A stretch of DNA of 64,000 nt from Gnetum montanum (lineage: Eukaryota > Plantae > Gnetophyta): NCBI GenBank assembly GCA_015680685.1, contig MNCI01000520.1, positions 789,731-853,730 of the forward strand, read 5' to 3'. Below the pieces are notes generated by a model. That model was not told where the DNA came from. It searched no databases and saw only the letters and a list, made by a program, of their open reading frames with translations. The translations under genes and the position numbers were made by a program. Of the stretch, positions 1 through 12,297 are shown one piece after another (positions within the stretch are counted from its first letter, which is position 1; the number at the start of each line of letters is the position of its first letter).

Positions 1-1593
1 CACAAACACCTATCGTATAGATGTGACATGGTTTTGCAAACACCAAAGAAAAGCCCATCTAGTGACATGCAACCCACTTGATGAAAAGCACCTCACAGCA
101 AGCATTTAACAATGTGTAGAGCCTAAAGTAGGTTCACTCTATAGCAAAGAGTAAAAAGTGAAAATAAACTAAAAAAAGAAAAAGGAAAAGAGCATGTCCC
201 CAAGCAACCTAGCAACATTGCAATTTTGCAACTGGTTTAGCCCTGAATCCATGCCTTGACTATCTCACAAACACTTTAACAAGAGGTCAACATTTTCAAG
301 GGCAAGCCACTCTAGTGCCATGGTCACCATCAACTATGAAGTTCTCACATTATAACATCCTATTCACACTTCATCTTTCCTTTTATCCTCGACACATTGC
401 CTACACCTTTTACTCCTATGTCGCACCTACCATCTAGCATACTACTCTCCACAACACTCTTGTACACAATGTAGTGACATTCAACCACACATTGAAGAGT
501 GATGTTGGTGCCAAGCTTACTATGGTGTTTTGTTATTCTTTGTCAATTTCCCTTAGGCCACTCCTCTAGATGTCAACAAGGAGGGACCAATGAAACACCA
601 CCAAATCTAGACTACAGCATCTTAACTATAAATTTTTCAAAGTGTTGAAAGTATGCTCTCCACTACCCCAGAGCATAGTTAGCCTCTAGTGGAGAGCATA
701 GTTAGCAAAAGGGTAGGTTATTCACAAGTTATGGCAAGTCTCAAGACTATGCTCTCCACCAACCCAAAGCATAGTTAGCCTCTAATGAAGAGTGTAGTCA
801 ATAGATGACCATTTTTTACAACTTTATTCCTAAGTGTGGGACTATGCTCTTCCCCAATCTAGAGCGTAAATAAGTGTGGTTAGCAAGAAAAGCCTCCAGT
901 AGCCTCCATAGCATAGAAACATCCCTTAGCTTAGCTTCAACTCACCTTTGGAAAGCATAGTTAGCACAATGCTTCTTTTTGTATCTCCCTTTTTGGCCCC
1001 AAAATTGTAACTATGCTTGACCCCACAAAAGAGTGTGGAGAGTGTAGTCTCCAAGTTGCATTTTTCAGGTACCTTGCAATCTTCTTGGCACAGACATGAA
1101 GTTGGTAGTGTAGTCATAGTCTCACAATCTCATGAATTTTGGTAGAGCACAACAAAACATAACACCACCCCCTAGTGGAGAGCGTAGTTGAACAAGAGCA
1201 TGATCCCAACCATTCCCTTTCCATGTGGTAGTCATCCCACATTATGCACTAACCCTAAACCTATAAACACCCATGTCCTCAATGTTTTTATGATTGGAAA
1301 ATTTTAGAGTTGGTTGATTTTTGGCATGAGAAAATATAAATAGTTCTTAGGAGAATACCAAAGGCATATTGACAAAGTTGCAGACCACTGCAATCCACCA
1401 GAACACTATAGCCAATGGTACACTGTCGCAGCTAACCTAGCAGATGCAGACACCATGGCGAAGCACTAATCTTCATGGCTAGACACCTCTAAGACTTTGA
1501 GTACACTATCCACTACACTTGTTCTACACCATTTACCTTCTAACCCCCTATGGTGTTAACTATGATCAACTCCATTTGGGATGGTGTTCTATT

Positions 1594-1624
<31 letters not shown>

Positions 1625-3255
1625 ATTTTTTGCACTTGCATTTTTCATTATTTTACTACATAGCTACGCCTAAAACTACACTCGGATGGTAGTCTGCATG
1701 TGTTGACACTACCCACTTTGTGAAAACTCTTAAATATTCTTGACCCCACTGACACTGTTAACACCATAAACACTGCTTACACACTTAGCATTATTTTGCA
1801 TCAACATTGTGACCAATCACACTACACCCCCATTGCATCCAGTGAGTCCCTATTTGATGGCTAGACCATTTAGGACATTCCATCTCCACCTCTAGTAGGC
1901 CCTCACATGGATTCAAGGTTAGGCTATGCACCCATGAACCTCAATGTTCCAGATATTGATGTTTTTAGTTGCCATACCCCTTACCTCTTTGGTAGGTATG
2001 TTTAGCTTCTTTCCACCTCTTGCGGTTGCTATCACTATTCTACTCTTTGGATTCTTCAGCAATCTTCATGGCATTTTGGAATTTTTTATCCAGAGAGTTC
2101 CATAGCTTATCAACCTTTGTTGAAATATCATAAATAGATTTTTGGATGGGCAAGGCTTTCCTATTCACCACCTTGTTGAGTGGTGACTCCTCCTTGTCCC
2201 TTTTCCTTGATGGAAGGGTTCCTATTATATTCTTCTACACTCTACCTATTTTGCAACTCACATTCTTCTTTTGCTACTTTCTCTACCAACCTTTGGATAT
2301 GATGAGCTCTTAGTTTGGATAGTCTTCATTGGGCATAAACCTCAAGAGTTCTTCTGGTTTCTACTCTAAGCCCATCTATGATGTGGCAAAGTTGTTGCTT
2401 CTAAGAATAACCATGGCCAAGGAATTGGTGTAAAAAGGAATAATATCTACCCATGGTGGCATCCAAGGGTTCATGTGTTTCCTATTTATAGCCTTGGATT
2501 TGCCTTCTCAAATTAGACACTCTAGAGTATGTCTAGTATTTGTCATTAAATAGTTCTAGCATGATACTCCATTTGCAAATGGATTCTAGTTTCAAGAACT
2601 AGTACCAACTTTCTACCTCTTTGATGAGTGTCATGGAAAATATCTTCAATTTATTCTAGTCATTTTCTATGTTTTGTCATCATGAAAGCCTTGTAGATGA
2701 TTTTGTAGATCAGAGTTATATCCCACCTCAAATCTTGGGATATTGTTCATTTCTAAGCATTTGATCTGACTATCTCTCACATTCCTAGCTATAATTTTCA
2801 TAACCTCTATAATATTTAACATGCTTTGGTTTGCCAGTAAAGGCTCATCATCATCATTATGTTGTTGTCACCAATGATGTCCTCTGTTACCCCTTCATTC
2901 ATTGTGGGCTTGATGATTAGTAGTATTGTCCTGATGCTAACCTCCATCATGGTTGTTCCTTCTATGGCATTTTTCAGAACTAGAAGATGAGGAAGAAGAA
3001 GATTTAGATGAAGAGGATGAAGAGGGAGGAGGATTACCACCACCATGGTATCAACCGACTTCCCTCTAGTTATCATAGTCACATTCGTCAGTTTTCTTAT
3101 CATCTTGATGCTTGTCCAAGCCCTTGCCTTAATTACCATATTTACATGAACCTACATTGTTGATAGTGGACCGTAGATTCAAGGCCACACCCCCATCACC
3201 AGTAATGAGGGGTGGAGAATTTTCATGTTAAAATCCCCCAAAGGGAGGATCCTCA
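1..3255 (-). mobile_element. Degenerate Athila-like Gypsy internal region: gag relic (~1990-3250) followed by non-coding 3' internal sequence; no pol seen
   Basis: The minus strand at ~2750 reads MNNIPRFEVGYNSDLQNHLQGFHD, matching gag at 37594 and ~63635. 2816-3250 matches the His/Ser-rich gag leader at 63120-63560. A PPT-like CAATGGGGG lies at ~1826-1834 (minus). Confidence 0.75.
645..1195. repeat. Array of short inverted repeats ACTA(C/T)GCTCT ... AGAG(C/T)(A/G)TAGT
   Basis: Complementary motif pairs at ~651/670, 747/767, 841/861 and 1010/1040, plus single motifs near 692, 955, 1108 and 1179. Confidence 0.7.
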
Positions 3256-4860
3256 TTCACTTGGCATATAAAGCAATATCCTACTTATAATAATTTATCA
3301 ATCCTGATCCACCATCCTTTTTTTGAAAAGTGCAAATTTCCCACATAGCATGATAATATCTTTTTCTAGAATGGCTCCTAATCTAAAGAAAATTCTCATA
3401 AGTTGGTTAATGCGACAATAAGTTGGTTAATGGGAAGTCCAACTTGAATAATGATACACATGAGTAGCTTGAATGATATACTTACAAACAATAAAATCAC
3501 TAGTTGATGAGGGATGAAAGGTACTCCTACGTCCAACTATACAAATCACAAATTGTTCAAACGTGGTCTAGTTGAATTCTATGGACTCTATAGTTTTTTG
3601 GTGCACTAGTTTTCTAGGAAGTAAACTGGGTGTTGAGAAAATTCGTTGTCTTCCCAACTACACTTGTGAAGCTCAAGGGTATGGTTTAAGTGTAATTGAG
3701 GCACATGATTTTCATCATTTATATTTTATGGTTTTAGTTCCTAAAATAAATAGGATAAACAATAAAATAATTTAGCATCTATTTTAATCTAATGGACTAA
3801 CTATTGTTTAACTAGTCCTAACATAAGTATCTAGTCCCACTTTCCATACACATCTTGAACACATATAATGTTGCTAGGTTACCAAGTATTATGCACTACT
3901 AGAATTACTAAACATCATACGCATGCTCAAAGCAGTTGTACTTATGTATTTACTTAATCACTATTTAGCTTATCTTGCTTAATTACTTAATTAGCTTAAT
4001 TACTAAAGTACATTGAATAAATAACTGAAAACATTAAGTACATGAATAAAGCATTTAAGCAATATAGAATGTTGCATAGTTTATCAAGAAGCTCATGTTG
4101 ATTGTCACACAGACTGTTGTGCTTAGGTACAACAATGCTCAAATAAAGATTTGTACACTTAATGACTCTTGTTGTAGGCACTTAGGAAAATATTATAACT
4201 TTCAAATGTGAAAATTGTAAGAGCTTTGCTAAAACTATGACAATATATATCCAAAACATGAAGGGTTGACATGTATTTATAGGCAAGAATAGACCCTGCA
4301 TTGATGGGGCCATGTTAACATATCAAATGATGTGTCTATGGGGCCTAGTCAATGTAGCCTAGTCAATGAGTCCCAGTCGATGAGGCCACATCAACACAGC
4401 CAATCCACAACTCATCACCAGCCATTGAAAGCTTCTTCTCCTTCCACTTAATAAGTTTTTACTTAACTTTTTTTTATTATAACATGTCATAAAATTTTTA
4501 ATATCAACCAAGGGAAAAGGAAATGCCTAATAATTTAAAAACATTTGAGTATTTTAAGAAATGCTAAGATTTAGAAAAAGCTCATTCTTGAACCCTCTTA
4601 TTGCAAAAGATAGAAGATTTGGACAAATTAATCTAAGAGCTTGAAAGTCTACAATATTGATCAACATGATAAAAAAGATGATCTACAATAGCTCTATTAT
4701 TTTTTTTCATAAGAATTAAGTCATCTACAAAATGCATATTTAATAAAGTAGTAACATTATTTTTAATAAATATGCCTTGTAGTAAATTATGTTATCGTCT
4801 TTCTATATAGCATGACATAAAAAATTTGTGGCAAGGAGGAAGAGATAAGGAACTATAAAG
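3255..4860 (-). mobile_element. L1-type LINE ORF2 fragment split by a solo LTR
   Basis: 3255-3504 matches 54947-55195, and 4418-4860 matches 48880-49310 of the LINE at 47160-52500. Confidence 0.8.
3505..4417 (-). mobile_element. Solo LTR (family A), 913 bp
   Basis: TGATGA...TCATCA termini; colinear with the LTR at 55196-56109; degenerate 5-bp TSD CTAGT/CCAGC; LINE sequence resumes on both sides. Confidence 0.85.
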
Positions 4861-4899
4861 TTATATTTGGATTATTTATCTTGCATTGTACCTATATTA

Positions 4900-5750
4900 C
4901 CATTATTTTAGAGTTCCAACACCCCTAGATTATCTAATCCATTGATTTATTTAAATTATTGATTATGTTAGATCTTTATGGACCATTAATCACATTGAAT
5001 TATCTCATCTATTGATTTTAATTTTATTTATTTGAAAAATTACTACAAAATCATAAATCCTAATTATGATATATAAAAGAAAACTTCCTATTTCTATTTG
5101 TTTATTGGTCAATTATTTTCTATTAAAAATAGAGATATTACTATTTCTTGACATCAAGATAGAATTAACTAGAGATTTCAAAGATAGGATCTTCCTATTT
5201 ACAAGCATGTTGAAGATGTTCTTTCTAACTCTAGGGCTATTCAAATTCATATTGATACTCACTAGCATGGAAAATGGTTTTGGCCTCATGAATGTCCTTT
5301 TTATTCTCTTTTAATGTCTAAAGCTAAATCTTTTTTTCACTTAAATAATTTTCATTACTCCACTTTAGACATAAGGTGAAATATGCAATGGGAGAATTAT
5401 CATCGAAAAGTTATTTTTCATATAGTTTGGAGCTCAAATCCTAACCAAAGCATCAATTTATTTTTTGGTTCTTGATTCATCATGGTCTTCCCATAGGACA
5501 TAGGCTTCACCTCTTAGAAGTTAAGTGTTCTAGATGTGCTATTTTTCAAACAAAGGATTCATTCACTCATTTTCTAGGAGTATCAACTTTTTAAAAAATT
5601 TGGCACTAGTACCATTCCCTTTAAGTTTTTCATTAGAATTGGTGTGTTACATTTCTTTATTATATTTTAAAATATGAATACATTATTTAGCACTTTGAGA
5701 AGGTTTGAAATATCTTGCTTCTTAAAATTATTTTCTTCATATGGAAATGC
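4900..5750 (+). mobile_element. Possible highly decayed LINE ORF2 3' region
   Basis: Weak similarity near 5520-5600 to the Cys/His C-terminal zone of the LINE at 54100-54210. Confidence 0.3.
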
Positions 5751-5810
5751 AAATTAAATGCATGGTACTAAAACATGAGATACACTACTTTTAGGAAGTT
5801 GGAACCTTGA

Positions 5811-5940
5811 AATAATTATAATATAGGTACACCTAAAGATATATAGTTCAATTATAATTTTATAACTCAACATTGTCCACCATCAAACCTATGACTTGGA
5901 GCTTTTAAATCAAGAGTCTTACCACAAGGCTAATACTTAA
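5811..5940 (-). mobile_element. Probable tRNA-derived SINE, copy 1
   Basis: Second copy at 46089-46220. The minus strand has an A-box-like TAGCCTTGTGG and a decayed B-box-like GGTTTGAT about 30 nt downstream. Confidence 0.5.
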
Positions 5941-6869
5941 TTATTTGAGACACTACTTTTGATTATGGTATGAAGTACTTTATCACTCTATCACTAGTTC
6001 ATTCTAACTTCAATGCCATGTGAAAAGCTTAAAAATAATATAATGTTCTTTTGATAAGTGTGAATTTTCAATGTTAAGTTTTAGTATCAATTGTTCCAAG
6101 TGACTTGGGAGGTCACTTTGTAATTGTTGGGCTTTGTTAAGGTTTATTAAACCATCCCTCTAGCATCCTCCACATGATACACACCACTCTTGATTTTTTT
6201 CCATTGTCCTCCATTCCCCCACCCCCACCCCACCCCTATTAAATAAAAAGAATTCAAAAATTTGTACTTTCATTGAGAATTTTTTGCTACCACTATTAGC
6301 CTTATGTCTTGAATCTTGTAGAGCTTCAAACTTGAAACCCATATGTTATCAAAGATCTTTGATGTTTAGGAAATCATATGTTTTCTTGGCTTTTAGCATT
6401 ACATCTTTCATGTCATTTTTTAACTCTATGAGATCATTTCTTAGTTGAGGGAGCATTGGATTTTTCGTACATATCTCCTATGTAAATAAAAAAGTGCTAG
6501 TGATACTAGGAGAAAGAGAAATTGTTATGGTGATGCTTGAGGAAGTCTAGATAGAAAACTTAATATGTTTATGTTATGGTGGTTCTAGAAGAAGGTCTAG
6601 GTGTAAATGCTAGACCTTTATTTGGATATCACATTGGAAATGGTCTAAGAATCTTTGTTGTCATTATTTAAGATTATGCATTTAAGTATGCTAGTATTGG
6701 ATGTAACTTGAGAGATTAGTTCTTGATGTAACTCTAATGATTAAGTTATGAAAAAAAATACTTTTAAGGATTAAGTAAGAATTTTTACCAGTTATTCAAC
6801 ATATAATTATGGCTTTGTATTTATAGTGTATAATAATGTCATGATATCTAGAGGTGATAGTGTTGGGGT

Positions 6870-9800
6870 TTTGGGTGGTTTGGACTAGGGCGCTCTGATG
6901 GTTGTAGCCACATCATCTAGCTTTAGGATGCAGCCATTATTCTCTTCTCCTCCAAGAGTAGGGTTTTCATTTATAGAGGCTCTCAAGGGGGTCTATAGGA
7001 TGGAGGAGAAAAGGGTGGATTTGCAAGAGGGTGTTGAGTTGATTTTTTGGCTAAGCAGATGGAATAGGTCTTCTAGATTTCTATCTTGGAAAAGACTCTT
7101 AGAAACTAGCAACAATTGTTTTGGCATGTGATGGTGGGTATTTTCTCTAGTTGTGCTCTTTTGTTCTAGGACACGTTGGCATGGGTTATACATGTGAGGC
7201 CTTTAAATGGTGGTGGAACTCATCCCATTGCAAGGTAACATATTTTTCTTTGAGTTTGGATATGATTTTGACATGCATGTTGTGAGGTAGAGATTGCTTG
7301 GAGGGTTAGAAATGTTGTGATGCAAGTTGAGAAATGGAAGCTTGGTTTTTTGCATGCTCAAAGGGAAAAACCAGTATGGTGAGAGTCATTAAATGGCTTG
7401 TTGTTTGTATTTGTCTTCTTGGCCTCTTGGGGTAATTTTGGACTGAAGGAATGTTTTCTAGCTTTGCAAGGTGTTTTGGAGAATTTTTGTCCATAAATGA
7501 TTTGATTACATGTTAAAGGGTTCTTCAAAACTTGCATCATGGGTTTGTGTTTACATGTAGGAGGATATTGATTTGGTCCAACAAGTTAAGTTAAAGAGGC
7601 CTCATGGCATGTTCTTGCAACCAATACTATTAAAAAAGTTTCCAAACATGTGTTGGATTTGCATGGAGAATGACATATGTCAATCTCTTACCCTAGTCAT
7701 CCACCTACCCTTGTGACATGATATTGGGTAGTGCCACTAGGTATGTAGGAACATGGGGGTCAAGGATAACTAAAGTAGGATATCTCCTCACCTTCCCTTG
7801 AGAGGATGCCTCTTCAAAGGATAAGGGCTTGTAGGCTCTAGAAGTTGTCTTATTAGAATAGGAAATGAGTTTGGCCCTACCAACATCTATTCCCCCAAAC
7901 TCATTTGGAAATGAAGTTACATTCAAAGAGATATTGGGGATTGATAATGCCAAACCTTTGCCACAACATATTCTTTTCAATTACGTGTAACCATTGATTA
8001 GATTGGGGCTGATGTGATCTAACTTTAGGAACCCTTTTCAAAAGCTTAGTGGGGATGATAGAAGACAAGGTAGGATGTTTGCTTCGACAATAGCTCAACA
8101 ACCGTGGAGATTAGCTATGGTGGCTTGGCACCAAAGACCTTGTATTTGGAGGAGTTAATAGTGGAGGATTAGCATGGAGATGTGCTAGATGGTCACACTA
8201 TTGAGTCTTAATCACAAGGTGTTGGTTGGTTGTTTGGGAGCATTTCCCATTCCTAGCTTTTCAAGGAGGAAATAAAAAATGAAAAGTAAAGTATGATAGA
8301 CAAGTTCTTTTTTCAATATACAATGGATGCTCAAACAAACGTGTGAACTAATATGCATGAGAGCTAAGTGGGCCTACCCACTAAAGAACATTTAATGGAA
8401 ATCATGAAATTTCTTTCATGGAATGCATAGAAAAAGTTGTTCATGAAGATAGAATTGATGTGTTACTATTATAGGAAATGAAATTACTTAGTTCCTCTTT
8501 TTTTTTTTCTCTTGGGTTGGGAGCATTTTAGGAAACCTACCCAAGGGTAGAGTAGTGGTTTGGTGATCTTGTGGAGATAGGGTTTGGTGTTTTGTGTTTT
8601 GAATTACAACTATTTTTTGATAGGTCTTTTAAGGGAAGGCCTTAATGTTTTGAATGTGTATAGCCATTTAGTTTGGTAGGAAAGAACTCTTTTCATATAA
8701 GAGATCTTTGATGTGATTGACTTGAGTAGCTAGGTGATAGGTGGCAACTAGAACATGGTGTGTGATTAAAGGGATTGGTCAAGTGGCCTCTTTACTTGTC
8801 TTGAAGGTCATTTTTTTGATGAATTATAGTCCCATTGTGGAGTGGCAGAGGTGGTGGTTCCTGGTATTCATTTTTCCTAGAAACACCCTATTGAGCAAGT
8901 TTGGAAAGTCTCCCTTATGGATTTTTTCTTCATTTCAAGAGACCTTTGGTAGAATTTTTCTCCAATGTGCTCAGCATTGTCATGGGCACACTTTGACCAC
9001 TATCTAGTGTGGTGTTGTTCTAGGGTAGAATTCCATTGTCAGTGATAATTTGGTTTGTAGATTCGGAGTTGCAGGAGGATATTGTTAACATTTGGAGCCA
9101 CTTCTAGTTATAGGGGCTCAAGAGCTTTCATGGATAAACTCAAGGCTATTTGGAGGTCCTGCTAGTCTTGCTGTAGGTAGCTATGGTAGGATGCTCTCAT
9201 TTCCAAACCACTTCTAGAACTTCAAGGACGGTCTCTTGTAGAGGTGTGGGAGTCTTTCTTTTTCAATTTACATTTGGTAAACCATTCTTCTTATTAGAAG
9301 TGCTAGGAACAACAAATGTATTGGTAATATTGTACAAAAGATTGTTGGTTAAAGGATAGTTATCAAAACATGAAACACTTTCATGCTTTGGTAGCTATGA
9401 GACATATGAAAAAATGGTTGGTCTCCTTTACTATTATGTGCATTAGGATGTGTGTAGGTGTTGTGGTTTATTTTTGTCTCTTTTTAGCAAGGAACTAGAG
9501 ATCTACGTAGACCCTCTTTCTAAGTTAGTGCCTAGTAAGCTCTTAAGGGAGGATAACACATGCTTGCAGGTTCCCCATATATTTGGAGGAGATTCAATTA
9601 TTGGTTGTTGGGACCTCAAAAAATAAATCACTAGATCCCAATGGTTGGAATTTCAAAATTTTTTATACATATTTAGTTATTTTGGGTGTTGATCTTCCCA
9701 ATTTCCATCGAGGCTATTTCTTTCATGATACTTATCAAGGATACTAGACTAACATATTGTTTGTTCTCCTTCCCAAGAAGGATGTAGTTCAATCTCTAGC

Positions 9801-10721
9801 AAAATATCACCCTATCAATCTCTACAACTACCTTGTCAAATTCTTCTCATCTTTGCTAGTGTGATGCCTTTAGCCTCTCATCCTAGATATCATTGAGATT
9901 GATTAGTTCATATTTATCCTTGGAAGGAACATTGAAGATAGTGTTATTATAGCCCACGAAGGAGTTTATTAGTCTTGTGCCCATAGACAAGCAATATGTG
10001 TCCTTAAGGTTAACCTTGCCAAGACATATGACAAGGAAAATTGGAAGACATTGGATAGAACGTTGACCTTGTTGGGCTTTGGTGAGTGGTTTCAAAGTTT
10101 TGTCAAGTATTCCTGTGTATGCCATGTCCATTTTGGCTTCCTTGATTAGGGTTCTTGACAAGATTGATGGAATCATCCATAGCTTCCTTTGGCGGGGCTT
10201 CGAGGACTAAATTTGGTTCCATCTACTAAGATGGGAGTTGTCAAATTATCTTAAGGGTGTATAGGTTTGTGGCCTTTGCTTGATGAAGGACTAAGGTTAC
10301 ATTTTTGCAACAAAGTTGGCTTTTGAGTAACCTTGTGTTAGATGTGCTACTCGTAAATACAACTTACTTGACTTGACATCTTTGTCCTCCTTGGTGGTGT
10401 GGAGATGCATTCAATGACATTGGTTTTTTTGCATTCCTTGGGATCATGGTATCTTGGCATGGGGGATGTTTGGTTTGCTTCATTGCCAAGGGGTTTTAGG
10501 TTAGCTATTCATTTAGGTGACCTTTTCTTGGAGGTGACTTAGCTTCTCAAGTGGCTTGGCATTGTCATGGTTAGTCATCTTGGTCTTGTAGGTGTGTGGT
10601 CCCTTCCTTTGGCTACCTTTCTTTTTTGGAGTTAGGGATGGGGTGTATGTGTGTGTGTTAACAAAACCTAGTTGCAAGGTCTCTTTTCTGCCCTATCTTG
10701 GTGAAACACTCATTGGGGTGG
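6870..10721 (+). mobile_element. Degenerate L1-type LINE (ORF1 knuckle, endonuclease, partial RT)
   Basis: CWIC knuckle remnant ~7650; ORF2 start MKFLSWNA at 8404; SLDPNG ~9630; YHPINLYN ~9805; NLAKTYDKENW ~10012; many stops and frameshifts. Confidence 0.75.
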
Positions 10722-11584
10722 TGATGAGTGATGAGAGTTCCCAATGCCCAACCATACAAGTCATAAGTGTACATGCATGACTAGATTGTAATTTGTGGAT
10801 GGAATTATATAATGATACTAGCAAGTTGATGATAAGTTCATGATCATTGACTTTTCACCAAAGTCAGTGAGGTTAAAAATGCATGGTTTAATTGTAAGTG
10901 AGATATATAATTATCCGATGCTAAATGGCTCTTAAGAGTACTAATGTGAAACATAGTGAATTGAATGTAAATTCTATTAACTAAGAATAATCTAAACGTA
11001 AAACTATTCTAGCCTAATGACAATAAGTGTTTGTTCCCAACTTGTCGGATATGCCTTAGGCTAATATAATTGTTATTGGAATTACCAAGTGACTAGCTAT
11101 TATATGAATCAAGCTTAGCCACCACTGAGTTACCAAATTTTTATATGTACACTTGAAATTGGTTGTACTTATTCCACCAATTAACTAATAAAAATTGAAA
11201 TGTAAATGACATCAGAAATATAAATTGCATAAGAAAGAAAATCTAATCTAAGTGAAATGCTGCAATGATGAAAAACAATCTTGATTATTATTATTGGTAA
11301 TGGAATGTGTCCAAGTACAATTTACTTGAATAAATATGTTGTATAACTATTAATTACCATACTACAAGCATTCACAACAAACTCTAACTTCATGAAAACA
11401 AACTACAAGAATTTCTCTAAGTGTTGGATGAAAAGGTAAGTTTGACATGATGGTGGGCTCATATTTATAGGCATGACCATGTCCTACTATATCACATCTA
11501 CAACATTGTATGTTGAGCTACAATATCGTATCTATGACATTGTAGATATGATATCACAACCTTTTACAATAATGTTGTTTATTA
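10722..11584 (-). mobile_element. 3' LTR (family B) of a minus-strand Athila-like element
   Basis: TGATGAG at 10722; colinear in inverted orientation with 19603-20506; PPT context CAGTCATGGAGGTA at 11585-11598 (minus) matches 43746-43759. Confidence 0.8.
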
Positions 11585-11734
11585 TACCTCCATGACTGAG
11601 TAGAAACTCATTATCAAGTTAAAACAAAAAGAGGATAGATTTGTTACAAAAATGTGGGGTCTTATAGACTCACTAACAGATTCTTATATACATGACACAA
11701 CTAACTGATTTTGAATTTTGCATCTTAATTGTAG

Positions 11735-11812
11735 TCATCGTCGTCGTCATCGTCATCATCCTAGCCTTGTCCAAACAAAATGGGGTCAGCTATATGAGTT
11801 CTCCCTTGTCTA
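11735..11812 (-). mobile_element. RTE LINE / Au-SINE-like 3' tail fragment
   Basis: (TCG/TCA)n tail followed by AGCCTTGTCCAAACAAAATGGGGTCAGCTATATGA, resembling plant RTE 3' ends; same motif at 24790-24850. Confidence 0.6.
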
Positions 11813-12297
11813 CGTTTCACAAAATTTGAGCAAAAATGTTGTGTGTTGTTTCTAGAGGATTCTCTAGCAAGCCCTTGTCCATTTTTCATAACAACTAGGC
11901 ATTGTGAATGTTGTGCATTATATCTAGGGAATGGAATTAGCTACATGATTTCTAGCTTCTCTACTTTTCATAAAATCTAGGTGACGATGTTGTGTGTTGT
12001 TTCTAGAGGATGCCCTAGCAAGCCCTTGCTCATTTTCCATAGCAACTAGGCCTTGTGACCACTGTGCATTGCATCTAGGGAATGTGCTCTCACTTTCAAA
12101 AAATTTGGAGATTGGAATCAAAACCACAATGTTTGAGTTACACATGGTGCAACTGATGGACTTTAAGTGTTGCATCTTAATTCAAGTGAGTCACAAAAAT
12201 ATCATGTGAAACATGATTGACAACAATATTTACAATTTGAAATTTAAAAGAAAAATTAAAGCTTTATGTGCTCTTCAAAAAATGCTGTTGCAACTCT

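Noticed and set aside
1594-1616. (CT)n here, (GT)n at ~41979 and poly-C at ~16905
   Set aside because: Ordinary microsatellites inside TEs.
1-4417. LTR 3505-4417 as the 5' LTR of the gag relic to its left
   Set aside because: No PBS follows it; LINE sequence with a TSD flanks both sides, so it is a solo LTR. The gag/LINE join at ~3255 shows only short microhomology.
5811-5940. Functional tRNA gene
   Set aside because: No acceptor stem or cloverleaf; the B box is decayed.
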